Shown here piece after piece: positions 1 to 12,686 of a DNA stretch of 64,000 nt. The translations under genes and the position numbers were made by a program. Source of the stretch: Catajapyx aquilonaris. Lineage: Eukaryota. The notes under the pieces were generated by a model. That model worked only from the letters and a program-made list of their open reading frames with translations, ran no database searches and was not told where the DNA came from. Location: NCBI GenBank assembly GCA_000934665.2, contig KZ538244.1:62001-126000 (forward strand), given 5' to 3'. Position 1 is the first letter of the stretch. Every line of letters starts with the position of its first letter.

Positions 1-74
1 AGTGGTGTGTAGAAGTGATGGTGTGGGCGTCGGAGTGAGGGAGCGAAAGTGCGCAGTGGCAGCGAGAACATAGC
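1..74 (-). CDS. Candidate start of coding exon 2 of the same gene (runs off the window edge)
   Basis: Seen on the minus strand: pyrimidine tract CCTCTCTTCTCTCTCTTCTG, then ...TATATAG|GCTATG with the AG at 76-75. A phase-1 join to exon 1 gives ...HT-S-YVLAATAHFRSLTPTPTPSLLHTT with no stop. All three frames are open over these 74 nt, so the support is the acceptor only. Confidence 0.5.
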
Positions 75-3000
75 CTATATACACGCACAGCAGAAGAGAG
101 AGAAGAGAGGGTGGGTGGTGGGTAGGGGAGGGAATGAGGATCGATAGGTCCTCTCCCGCCCACGTACACATTCGAAGGAGGCCAAACTTAGTGGCCCCTA
201 GCATTTGTGCGGCTCTCAACTGCTGTGTAGGAGCAACAGGCTGCACCTGCTGCTTGCTTGCCTTTGCCTTGCCTTGCACCCCATTCCTGCTCAGACGCCG
301 CTATTTGTCACGTTCGCATTGTTCCGGACCTATGTACGACATCAATGGGAAGTTGGGGCGGCTTAGAGTCATTTTGGCTGTGGCTCTACCTGCTGCTCGG
401 AGTCGGAGACAACGGAGGGCCTGTTTGCCCCTGGGTTAACCACTCTCCCCTCAAAATCTGACTCGACAATGGTCCGCTGGATGTATAGCAACACACACAC
501 ACACACACACACACACACCTTATTCATACACGATGCACCGAGTCAACTTGCAACATCACCCGTACAACACATAATTATGTGCTATTTGTTGCGGGTGTTT
601 ACGGTTTGATTAATATGTGATGCGGTAGGTCTAATTAAGCCAACAGATGAAATTCGGGGGCCGGGTAAACGTTGCTCTCTAGAGACGGAAGCTATAACGT
701 GTTTCGGAAGAGCGAAAATGTGTGAAGTAGAATTATTCGTCAGCGGGTTTTCCCTCTCTCGCTCTCTCTCTCTCTCCTGGGGCAAAGTTTCATTTGCATA
801 TCTTGGCGCTGACCTCTTAACGCCTGCTCGTTTCCTTCCTGCACAATAAAAGTGGCGGGCGATAAGGCGGGCGCCATTGGGGGGCCCTAAAAGGAGGCCT
901 AATTTAATTTTGATTAGGGCTTGTTGTGCGGTTGAGGATGAATAGGCTCATTTCCTCTTCTCCCCCGATCTGCGCCGACGCCAACACCAAGGTACACACC
1001 CAAGCGACAATCACTAGGTTTCTTGCAGAGAAGTGAGCAGGACAGATTGGGTATATCCTGATGCCATGCATTCCATCAGGGGGGGCTAAGGTGGGCTTGT
1101 TTCTCTATTCAGGGAGCGGGCTCCATTCGACCAAATTGGGCCGAGACGTACGCGGGCCTCTCCGGGCCGTAATCACGGTGAAAATATGGACGGCCTTAAA
1201 ATATTAACACGGAGACGTGGCTTACAGCGGCGCAGAGTCAATTTCAAGCTGGGAGTCTCAGGGACTCACAACTGGGGAGAAAAAATGCCAGTGAGGGAAA
1301 GAAAAGAGGGGGGGGGGGCGAAAAATGGGCGAAGGGGAGGTGTGGGGATGAAATCGGGAGACATTTTATCGATTGCCAAGCACACAGTAGGCGTCGCTGG
1401 CTGCCCTACCGACCGCCTTTGCAGATCAACAGATCCTTTTCTTCCATCCAGAGAAGTCGTCTTTTCTACAAGTGTGTATAGGCATCACCCGGGTACTGTT
1501 CTGCCTGATTATGCACCGAATATTCTTCTGTGTAATGGTGGACCAGTAATTGAAATTCCGGTGCCGAAGCTCATTAACATTGGCCTGAAAGGGATGATTG
1601 TGTGCCTGAGCGGTTACAGGGAAGTACGTGGGGTCCCCTGTTTGGAAGGAGGAAAAGGTACAGGTGGGGAAAAGGTGAATGGGAAAGGCAGTAGAATCTG
1701 TAAGTGTAGGGTTGTGGAGGTGAAAGTTGCGAAAGGAGAGGGGGGGGGGCCTATGCAGCGTGAATCTTTAAAAGATGAGCGTGTTGGGAGGAAGCAGTTG
1801 GAAGGTTCGATTGGGTTGCTTGGCTGTCCTCCAAGTCCGGGCTGCCGCAGCTTCTCTGCGGACTACGCCAAGGGGGCGTTCCGCTCTGACGTATCTCCTG
1901 GGATCCCGCCCTACATCCTTTCCCTTAACCCCCCTCACCTCATACCCTTCCACACACCCAATCCCATATGCACACTCACACTCACCATATGAAACCTCTC
2001 ATGCCGCACAATCGCGTCATATCTCTCCGGCAGGAACGGTCAAAGCAGCTGTTCCATATCGGCAAATTTTTAATACTCGAACATTGTAACGATGAATTAT
2101 TATCTACTGCTATTCTCAGGCGATAAGCGATAATCCCAAATTCAAACTCGAATGTCACGAATTGCTGATTTAGTTTCTAATTTCACTTATTTCAGGGCAG
2201 GTTTAGTGTCGTGTGTTCCTAAGAACAAATAGCCACTAATGCCAACTGATGGGAAAACCTGTTTGGGTATGTTCTGCAAAAGAATGCGGAACATTTCGCC
2301 TTGGACAAGCACATTTGAACTCTTGGTTCCTGGGGAAATCAGACTTCAGTGTTGCTCGAGTCCAACTAGGGAGCAGGCAGGCGATGTTTATATGTCAGAG
2401 CCTTGACCCAACATCGCCTCGTGGCCTTTGCACGTCTACCTGATCTCACTCAGATACACGACACCCAGCATGTTCAGACGCCTGCATGAAAAAAGGTGGT
2501 CTAGATCGACGCCCAGCAGGCATATATGGGTGCTGCAAGAAACGTTCCAATCCATCGGAGGCAAGCACATGCAGTAGCAAGCAAGCAAGCAAGCTCGCCA
2601 TGGCGACCTGGCCTGCTAATTGACGCTCATAATGGCCCGGCAAAATGTCAATATTAACTTCATTATAACTGGGCAAATTGGCCTCGCCTAAACTCCGGCT
2701 ACGATTCCCATTCCCCCCACTCATATTCGGTTAATAATTGATTCCTCTCTTCATTCGGCGAGAGCGGGGGATTCTATCTCGTGGCTGCTGCCTCTTCTTC
2801 ACCACTGCAGCAGCCTCTCTAGCATTCTGCCTCCATTATGCATCCTGCGCCGCTCCCATTCAACACACGTTCTATCTCCCGGAAATATTTGCACACCCAA
2901 TTATGATTTTTTTTGTCTATCTCCCTATACCCATCCCCCTCATCCAGCAGTAGCACTCTCCTGGAAAGGCCAGCTTCGGTTCCAAACATAAGAGAGGAAA

Positions 3001-6000
3001 TTGAGCTGTAATGATGATTATAGGGGTGGGCCGCCATATATTGAAACACAAGTGTGTGCAACAGGAACACTGTGCACATATCGTTCTCCGCTCTGTCTGT
3101 GTGCGCTTTGTCAGAATCATGGGGAACAAAAAACAGAGACGGTGTATTCCACGCTTCAGTAAGGGTGTTGGGTCGATACATTGCGTGCAGCCATCGTGAT
3201 ATGTAGTTTGATATCGGAAGGAAAGTAGTAATGAAACTAAAATACGATGCCGTTATTTACAAATCTGTGCATTTGCTTGGACAAGCGAATCAGGGGTGCT
3301 TGAGAGATAAAGTAATTTTGGTGAATGGTGAGCGCTGCTGATGCCAAAGGTTGAAAACGGTTCCCAATCCATCGAGTGCATTTGTCTCGCTTCGTTAAAG
3401 GTGGAATCGTCAAAAGAGCGAATAGTGAAATATGCACTGAAGGGCATTAAAACTGCTCTGCTGGCTCACCCGTCCGTTCATGCATATATTTTTCTTACGC
3501 AAGTTAACTGCCATTCATACGTAATAATCATGAATAATACTCGCGCAGGCAGTGGCAGCATTAACCTATATAGCGACAGGTAGCCATACTGCGGTGCAGC
3601 GAATTAATGGAATTTTATTTTAATGAGATGCCAGTTCCCAATTTTGAAACTGAAAGTTACATGCGGTAGCGTACAAGTACTAACCCTACAACTGTTCATT
3701 TGAAGTGGTTAAGGCCTGTATGCAGTGGAACTATTGAAAATACTCTCGACCCAAGAGGTGTCCTAAAGTCAAGTAGCAACCACTACGCAGCGAATGCTAT
3801 TTCCACTTGCTTAAAAGTAATAAAAATTAACCCGTTTTACCGTAGACATAAGCTACTGAAAAATCACAAGTGTAAGTAAGTGTAAATGATTTTAATCACA
3901 TTTTCAGTAGTCGACACTGGACTTTCCTTAAGAGGACTACTGTAACACGCAATGAGTTGCCTACGCGACATTTTTTTGTCGCGTCATAATGATGGCAACG
4001 TTTGTCACCATAGCAGTCAGGCTTCTCCGCGCACATTTCTCTGTGGGTGCTGCAGCAAAGAGCATAAGCAAACCGCACATGGAAGCAGCTTACATTAATG
4101 TGAGCCACCGAACTGCCCTTTTGCTCACGGCACTCATTTAGCCGGACAAGCAAGAGGAGGACAACAAACGCGCCTATAAATCAACCTGTTGAAGTGTGAC
4201 ACCCAAGCCCAACTGTACAGCCCGCATTCCCCCAGAACAAAAATAGGCCAGACCTTATTACATAGTGATTAGAATGCGTGCAGAATTAACCGCATTCGTC
4301 CTTCCCCCAGGCCAAAAAAATGAGGTTCCCCGATTCACATTTCCATCCCATTTTTTCCCCCTCATCCCACCCATTATTCTCCTTTTTCTCTCCGACTCTG
4401 GGCCAGCACAAGCGAAACGACGACGCTCAATTGCCAAAAAAATCTGCATAGCAAATGGAGTCTTATTGTTTAGTCACCAGGTGAAATTAATGGCCATTTA
4501 TCTCAGCGTACATAAACGTAGTCGAGGCCTGATTTTTTTTTATTTAACAAAAAAGGCGATGAGGTGGGGGGAGCATTGTGCGGAAGAGAGGGCTTCACAT
4601 GGCTGCACATATATTTTGCACATGGGTTCCCGCTGACACCGCCTTTTTTTCTGCCNCCCCCCCTCCCGACGCGTCACAGCCACATGTCGCAGATCGATGG
4701 CTGTCCTGCTCTGTCACCGCCACTCTCGTTTCAAGATCCTCGCTCCACCACCTAATTACATCATCCACCTCATTGCTACTTTATCCCCCCCTCCGTCCTG
4801 TGCTACCCATTTCCAAAAGTGCACCCCCTCTTCTACTGCGTTCCAACCACACCCACGCAAAAATATCAAAATGGGCACCGCATCAGCCTCGTTAATATGG
4901 GAATCTTTTCCAATATTTCTTCCTGCTGGGGGAGGGAACTGTCTTCCAATAATTTGGACGGAGGCGTAATTTTTTGGGAGGGAAATTAGCCTCAGTCAGC
5001 AGCTGTTGGAGCATGTTTTGGACCTTCATTTGCATGTATTAATGGGAGGAGGTCGAATTGCGGATGGGGGGGACAACGTAATTGTTGGTACAAAATAGGG
5101 GCTTGGACGGTGACGGTATTATTGAGATTATGTAAGTAAAAAAAAGAACTACCAGTCCCATGCGCAATTTAAACCTTATCAAAATTGATCATTACCGCAA
5201 TGGTTTGGTTGACGTCCTTCTGCTAGATCGTTAGGTATCAACAAGTAACCATGGGAACCCAGAGAGAACATTTTAATGGGAGAAGACTCATTAGACGCGC
5301 CCTCTACTAATAAATACACTCCAACCGCTTTAAAGGTCCTAATGACATCACCTTTTTTACTGACTACAATTAATGTGACAACAATAATTGTGATCCCATT
5401 TAAAACTTTTAAAAAATCAGAGCATTACTGATCACTATGGAACTAAAAACTCGCTGCATGTATACAGTACAGTAAGTATCCATTTTACGCTGTTTCACAT
5501 TAACGCCGGTTTGAAAATTACTTTAGACAAAATTTTAATTGTAAAATTGTTGAAAAATTTGACGATAACAACACAATCTGATCATAAACACATCACTGAA
5601 ACACTTCTGAGTCCGAACACAAAATGGTCTTGTTTTGTTTCTCGTGATGCCTTGTGGAGGGGTGTATCGATAAATACAGCACCGTATTGTTGGTGTCGGC
5701 ACTCTCCGAAGTCTGTTAAATACCCTACGCCTACTGCAGTTCTTGTCAAAAGAAGGGAAACGAGGCCTATCAGAACCCTCAACCTGGAACTTCCCATTCA
5801 ATGTGCATAATAAATATTTCAAATAGTCAGCATTAAAAACACCAATTTAAGTAGTGTCTGAGGGAAATTTTTTGGAGATATTGGAACCCATCTCATTTAC
5901 TTCCATTATAATTTTGTCTCGTTTTACGCCTTTTCACTTTACGCCGCATTAGGTTGGAACCAATTACCTGCGTAAAATGGGTACTGCCTGTTTTACCATT

Positions 6001-9000
6001 CCATACAACAACACCGATATGTAGAAAAATGCACAATAGAGCAAAATGTTGCACTTTAGTATACGGTTTTGCCTTATGTTGCCTCACTGCTATGACGTCA
6101 TTCCGTATCCCACCTCCGCAGAGCTCTTCAACAAACAAATAAAACTGTAACCAGTACAGTGAATGCTAGATACGCTAAGAAAGCAAAGGATGTACTTAAT
6201 AATTTAATAATTTAATTGAATAAATGAGAGGGAGACTATACCTGTGAGCGATAAATGCAAAAATTACTAATATTTCTCGCGATAGCCATACTTTTTTGCC
6301 TTTTAAAAATAATAAGACATATCTTGTTGCCGCGCATGTTCAGTGCCCAGTACCGTTACGGAAGGCAATGCTGTTTTCTTTTTTAAAACATTATAGCTCA
6401 CTTAGGCCAGAAAATAGGCACTGTGGCCTACCAAAACTATTGGAAACTACGAATAATAGGAACGGAATAACGTAATGAAGCTGACGCAAAAAGGAGGCTC
6501 ATTAATATACAAATGTTTGTAGGGGCTCTGACTTCATCAATACACTGATGTATTACCCAAAAATAAAAACATAATACCCATAAAATAATTGCCATTGAAA
6601 GTGGCAGAACAGGTGGATACTAAAATGAAGCCACTAATTTGTGTAAATTATGGGGGAAAGTATGGATTTATTATTTGACCTCTTGTGACGCAACACAAGG
6701 ATCGTAAGCAACTTACGCAACAGGCCGCGTAAAGATCTATGAACGTATACACCTACTCATATTAATGTAGGTCTGTTATATATTAATAGCTCTGTAGGTC
6801 GATCCAAAATGAGAGTGTTTAAATCCTGGTAATTCAGGGCAGCACTTGTTACTTTCCTGTGCAACAGGAAGCTCGGGGGCAACTAGTTGCCATGCAAGAG
6901 AAACCCAGGCAAATATAAAGCCATATCAATCGTCGCCTGCGTGGGTTCCCTTGCAGTGTACCTGATCGTAGTGGGAGTAATAGCACTGCGCTTTGGGAAC
7001 ACTTTTTTGCTGATATTGTCTCTTTCTTGCACTGCTTAAGTTTTCTGGACTGGCTTACAGGCAAATCAGCTCAAGCAAAGTTGTCGCGGACGCTCCCAAG
7101 AGAGAATTGTCAGAGGAAGGGCGGTTAAAAACAATGGAATTATTCTAACCCGGTGCAACGGTTTCTAATGGTATTGACAGTACCGGTATATCTTCATTTT
7201 AAAAATACCGTCGTTTCTCAAGTGCGAGTAAATGATGGCCATTTTTAAAGTTGCATCTTGTATTACAAAAATTAACATTTATGAAATTGAAGCGATTGTT
7301 TATTGTTACGGCCCTTATTATATACGCACCTAAGAAAGTATGCCCCATCAGTGACTTCATGATATGTTATTACTAAAGAGCAACAAAGCATCTTTACAAA
7401 ATTAGGCTTCATTTACCATTGCTATTAGAAATAAGATGAGAAATTCTGCACACTCCAGCTAACAGCATCCGTCATTTGCAGTTTAAATTGCAAATTCGCA
7501 ATATTATGACGCCGTTATTTGTTAATTATCGCTTTTAATTTTAATTACGTGTTTATTCCACCAAAATATTTTTGCCTGAAGCCAAATACGTGCCGGCACC
7601 CTACAAATTTCTTATCTTTATTGTTATGATTATCTACAAGCATGTTTTGAAGCGCAATCTCAGTCATCTGATGGCTAAACAACGGCATATAACATTGTGA
7701 CGCGTCCGGAAATGGAATTGCAAAATTAAGTACCCTTAAAAAAAATTCCGGACTTATTCTGACTTCCACGTTTCAGTCATCTTCACATCATAAAATTCAT
7801 CTCTATTTATGAAGTTATACTGCTGACCCAGGCATAATGGGTGTTTTCCCCGTCAATCATACAGGTGTTTTGTATTTTTATGAATCCAGTACAGTACTCA
7901 GTTTCGCCATCCATATATTAAAGCACTGGGGCATCATTGTTTTTACCTAACATGATTCTACTTTCTCCGGAAATATTCCGGATTTTTGACTCATTTTCAA
8001 ATCACGTCTTCAGCGTGCATGTCATAACGTGCGACGTTTGATCGCATAAAAATTGGCACGTACGATGGTCGCCGAGTGGCTCTGATTCATAGTGTGTTGT
8101 GCTACATGCATTGAGTTGGATGCGTGATTGATAAAGGCCGGCAGTGGCTGGTTCCCAGCAGCGTCGAAAGTAATGGGAGTGAGCCCTGGTATTGACCAAG
8201 TCGCTTATAAATAGTCGGTCACAGGCAGCAGACTGTGCGGTGTGAGGCATGCAAGGATGGACAGGCGATTGTCCAGCACGGGCATGCGTTTCTTAGGTCT
8301 CCATCAGGGACCAGAATTTGCCGCATAGCGCAGGGAGGGGTGGGGTAGGTGGGGAGAGGTAGAGAGGGTCGGGAGGGGGGTGTGTGGAGAGAGAGGGTCA
8401 GCTGACTTCTCCCCGAGAATCGAACATGCAACTTGTTGAATCATCCGCGCTGCAAAACATGTCCTCGACATGCAGTCTTTCTACCTTCCACTCTTTTGTC
8501 CGATCTGCATTGCAGAAAAAGGGGGGTCTGTCAGTCACGCCAGATATACATCGTGCAAATATGTAACAATGCCGACTTTCCAATTTGTCCGTTTTTTATT
8601 TCGAAGTGTGCAAATTGAATAAGTCTTCGAGCAAACGGGTTTTTTTTAAAGTCGGTTGGGTCAACAGGCAGAAGTTCGACTCATTTGTGTCAACATCATT
8701 ATTTGATGTGACTCGCAGTATTGAACCGTCTCTTCAGAATAATAAAGTTTCATCCTCGCTGTGCCTTTATTTTTCAAACATTGTAACTTTCTCTATGTGA
8801 AAAATAACTCGGGATCGTGGAATCCCTAATGTTTTTGTTCCGCGTTATTATTTAATTACCGTGATACATGATTAACCGTACAAGGCGTACTTTAACCTTT
8901 TCATGTTGCGGCTCTATGTGTACATGAATCTAAATAAGACATGTATGAGGTCGAGCCTGAAGTATGTAATTTATGCATGTAACTAAAATTACGCGCGGAA

Positions 9001-9551
9001 TGTAGGTCGTACAGTGGTACGATAAGGAAAGGTCAAGACAAATGTCAGGGTAGCTGAAACCACCTGAATGCTATCGCCGTGAAGTCCCGGAAACAACCAC
9101 CAGTTTCACAGTGTTCCGGATAATTGCTCTGCGGATACAACGAACCGTACTGTACACACGTCAGATGATAAGACCAGCAATCTCGACGAAATATAATCAA
9201 ATGATAAGGACGCAATACGTATGTGGTGGCACGTACCTAACTCTTGTAACTTCGGGCCTTGGAATAGTACCGACAATCCTTGTTGGCCATTTTAACACGA
9301 GTGCTATTCTAAGCCGAATTACGTGGAGGCTTTGCAATAATTATTTCTCACAGTAGAAATGCGGAATCGGATTCCATCTGTAGCCGCGCGTCCGAACCAC
9401 AACCACTTGTGGCCGGGGCCAGACAACGCACCAACCCCTGTATACTGTACTGCAGTCATGGCATCACCCCCACGACACTGTCCCCGCACCAACAAACTGC
9501 ACGCAAAATAACATGTAACAAAAAACCCATTTGTGGTGAATAGATACTCAC
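75..9551 (-). other. Putative intron 1 (~9.5 kb, GT-AG)
   Basis: Donor GTGAGT at 9551-9546 and candidate acceptor TAG at 77-75. No credible minus-strand coding exon is visible between them, but small exons cannot be excluded. Confidence 0.5.
491..518. repeat. (AC)14 microsatellite
   Basis: Direct reading. Confidence 0.95.
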
Positions 9552-9846
9552 TGGTGTGGAGGTGGTGATGGTGGTGGCTGTGGAGGTGATGGTGGTGGTG
9601 GTGGTGATGGTAGCAGGACTGGGGCGAGGGCGGCGCGACGCAGGCCTCGGTGGGGCTGACCGGCCCCGGGGCCTGCTGCTGGGCCGGCACCGGGGCTGGG
9701 GGCGCTCGGTGAGGCAGGGCCAGGGGGGCAGGCGATGGTGTCGGAGGCGGGGCCGTGACCGACCCTGGGCCGACCGGGGGCAGCTGCTGTCCCCACTCCC
9801 GGACGCCCAGCGCCTTGGCCTTCTTGACCATGTAGCAGCGCGGCAT
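9552..9846 (-). CDS. scrt: First coding exon of a SNAG-domain Snail-superfamily C2H2 zinc-finger repressor, probably scratch-like (98 codons + 1 nt, phase-1 intron follows)
   Basis: Seen: the ATG at 9846 (context AAG ATG C) opens MPRCYMVKKAKALGVREW...PVSPTEACVAPPSPQSCYHHHHHHHHLHSHHHHHLHT, followed immediately by the donor A|GTGAGT (9551-9546), where the sequence turns AT-rich. Established: MPRxxxVKK is the SNAG N-terminal repression motif of Snail/Scratch/Gfi1/Insm1. The scratch assignment rests on my recollection of the MPRCYMVKK variant in arthropod Scratch proteins and is not verified, because no zinc fingers are in the window. Confidence 0.8.
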
Positions 9847-11050
9847 CTTGCTGTCTTGGTGGTCTGTCTCCTTCAACTGCTGTTGTAATTATTGCTGTGT
9901 GTGGCGGCACTGCCCCCGGAGCAAGCACCGCCGCCGCATCAGAGCGGGTGCTGGGCGGCCGCGGTGGCCATTGCTGCGGCAGCCACCTGTTTGGGCCGCG
10001 CAACAATTGTCAGCCAGAGCCCGCCATGTTTTTCCAGGGGGGAGGCTGTCGTCGACGACGCCGACGCCTCTCTGCCGCCGTCTGGCCCCCGCTTTCTCTC
10101 TCTGGCTTGCTACTGCTTGCTGCCCCTCCCTGGCCCCCTCTGAGCTGTTGCTTCTGGCCTGGAGGGGCTTGCCTGTCTCGCCTGTCTGGCTGGCTGGCTG
10201 GCTGCAGATCCTGAGTCAGCCGGAGACACCACGTCGCGCACTCCCCCCCAACTTGCTTTGCCCTTCTTCTTCGGAGCTTCCTCAGCCCTGGATGCCTTCT
10301 GGTGCACTCGCCTTTAGGGGCGAACCCCGTGGCCCTCCGCCCATGGTCCTGCCCTGCCCTGTTCCCGTCCCCTCCTCTCTTTCTCTCTCTCTCTCCCTCT
10401 CTCTCTCCCGGGCGCCCCCTCCTCCCTGTAACCACCCCCCGACGACGACCACCCCCTTCAGTCTTTGCAATGGCACATGCGCCCGTGTCCCGTACCCTCC
10501 TGGAGCGCGCGCAAAGTACGGACTACCTACGCCTGCCTGCCCCCGGCTCCAGTACGGGGTTGCTGGGGGATCGGGGTTGTCCGGACTCGACGGCATCGAC
10601 GGTGGTGGCGTCAACGGGGAGGGTGGAAGGGTGGAAGGGGGGGAGCCATGTGGCGCCGACTCGCTCCGAGGCTGCACCAGATCGATGGTTAGTCGTAGAT
10701 CCAGCAGCTGTCCGGCGGGCGAGCTCCTCCAGATCGATGCCCGGATCTAGAGGGGCTACCCAACCCTCCCTCACTTCCTCCCCTTCCCCCCCTCTCTCGA
10801 GGTGAAAGATTAATAATTCCCTATTGATTAAGCCCGGAGGAGTGTGGGGGGAGGGGGAGGGAAAGGGGGGGAAACCCACCCCGGAGTGTGTGTGCGTGCG
10901 TGTGCGCCATCTTCCCCCCCTTTTTTTCCTCCTTCCCCCACTCCACCCTCTTGCAACCACCCTGCACACACACACGCGCCCCCTGAGTCATAGGCAGCAG
11001 GGAGAAGCATCCCTCCGGAGCTAATCTGCCGCTGGTTCAACATGTGCCTT
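9847..11050 (-). promoter_or_regulatory. GC/CpG-rich 5' leader and proximal promoter region of the scratch-like gene, with a GA-dinucleotide tract (10375-10407) and G-runs
   Basis: Sharp rise in GC and CpG relative to the flanks, directly upstream of the ATG. The GAGAG repeats resemble GAGA-factor sites. The TSS is not located. Confidence 0.55.
9889..10027 (-). promoter_or_regulatory. Three short upstream ORFs: MAGSG* (10027-10010), MATAAAQHPL* (9971-9939), MRRRCLLRGQCRHTQQ* (9939-9889)
   Basis: Translated by hand from the minus strand. uORF2 stop and uORF3 start overlap (TGATG). They are functional only if they lie in the mature mRNA. Confidence 0.5.
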
Positions 11051-12608
11051 CTGCACCTACGTGTTGATCTGCCAAGCGCACCAACCATGGAGCTATCATG
11101 GATACGTATCCCCCCCCCTCACCCCACTCACGCTGATGCCAGACGCAGATTAAGCCGGTTTTGTTACTCATTCCGTAGAGCAACAGTTTGCTTATCGGCA
11201 CACTCGCCACTATAGGGGCAGGTTTTGCCTCAATTTGGCCAACACTATGACTAGACTGAAATAGTCGGGCGCATGAATCAGACATGTAAATCCGGATGGT
11301 TGTACACATTCCAACAGTTTGAAGCCACAAAAGGCTAAAATTAAATCCTCCAGCATTTTTATCGTAATGTTCCGTGGCGGCTGGTTTGACTCACCTTGTT
11401 TACTCCTGTCACATGAACGGAGCAAATTATTCCACTGGTAGCCGCCGATTGTATCGGAAACATTTTTGTTGATAGCCCCCATCGAGTCTTTATTATTTGA
11501 TCACTGTTGTGTATAGGCTCACTCCGACATGATCAGAAAGAGAGGTAACATACACAAACATCCGAAAGTATTGATCCTTCCCCGAAACCTACAAAGAGGC
11601 CATTATCCACTTTATTCTAATGGCGTAATGCCGCCGCTCCGTGTTTGCTTTCATACGGTTATTGAAGGCTGATGTCTAAGATAAACGCTTTGTCCGCTGC
11701 GGTGAGTTTGTGTAACCCTCCAGGTTTTAATCGGATGATGCATGGATTTTGGAAGCCAAAGATGACCCATGGCCAGTTTTTGGAAGCCAATCGGGCCCGC
11801 TTCTTTGTTTGGCCATCGAGTGACTGACTCCCCCCCCCCCCTCTCTCTCTATATGCTTTTTCTAGTCCCCCCCTTCGGTTCCAGGCTCGAATCCGTGTAG
11901 CCATAAAAAGGTTTAGAACGTGGAGGTCGTTTAATTCGGAATAATCCTTTGCAATGGAGATATGAAAGCGCGACGGCAGCGGCGGCCGCGGCGGCATCCG
12001 GCGCCGCCTCTCGCTTGATTAACTAATAATAAAAGGCTCAATGGCGCAGACACACTTTCAGGGGGCGGCTGTCGCGCACTTTAGGTCCTCGCCAACGCTA
12101 CTTTTTTTTTATCCAAGCTCTTTTTTTATATATATAATTCGAGGGGGATCTGTTCTGGGTTTTTGTGTGTCTCTTACAATGTCGCAACCACCGACGCATA
12201 AAAGGCTACTACTTGTTGAGCCCCAAGTGTACTCTTTTCTGTACTATTGCAACCCACTCGCAGTCCCTCGGGGGGCCAACTGGGAATCATACGGGGCGAG
12301 AGGCTGGATTTTCGGTCTCGAAAACAAAAGGGGATGCGAAACAAGTGGAGCGAAATTGCGCCCGAGATAAGCGCCGCTCTCATACGTAGTTATATCAAGT
12401 AATAAGTAGGTGGACGCTATATTGCGGACTTAACTCTAAGTGTAGTGGAAGAATGCCCTTAAGTAGTCGAAATTTCCTTTATTTCTAGCTTTACTCTTTA
12501 AAAAAAATACCATCAGATGCGACACTTCATTCGAAATGTCATTATCCACTCTGTCACATTGTATCTCCTCTTTTTATATAGTTAAGCAAAAGAGTAAGTT
12601 TTAATGCA

Positions 12609-12686
<78 letters not shown>
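12609..12686. repeat. (TAT)n microsatellite
   Basis: Direct reading. Confidence 0.95.

Noticed and set aside
76..81. TATATA as a minus-strand TATA box
   Set aside because: Better explained as the end of a polypyrimidine tract and TAG acceptor. No good Inr at the expected distance.
1186..1992. 268-aa plus-strand ORF
   Set aside because: No recognisable domain, G/K/R-rich composition driven by purine runs, and antisense within the putative intron. Most likely a chance ORF.
9319..9551. Continuation of the 185-aa ORF beyond the His tract (SEYLFTTNGFF...)
   Set aside because: It reads through a consensus GTGAGT donor into AT-richer intron sequence and contains no zinc fingers.
9548..10975. Many overlapping 100-300-aa ORFs on both strands
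   Set aside because: Shadow ORFs of a GC-rich, stop-poor island. Only the MPRCYMVKK frame has a known motif and a splice donor.
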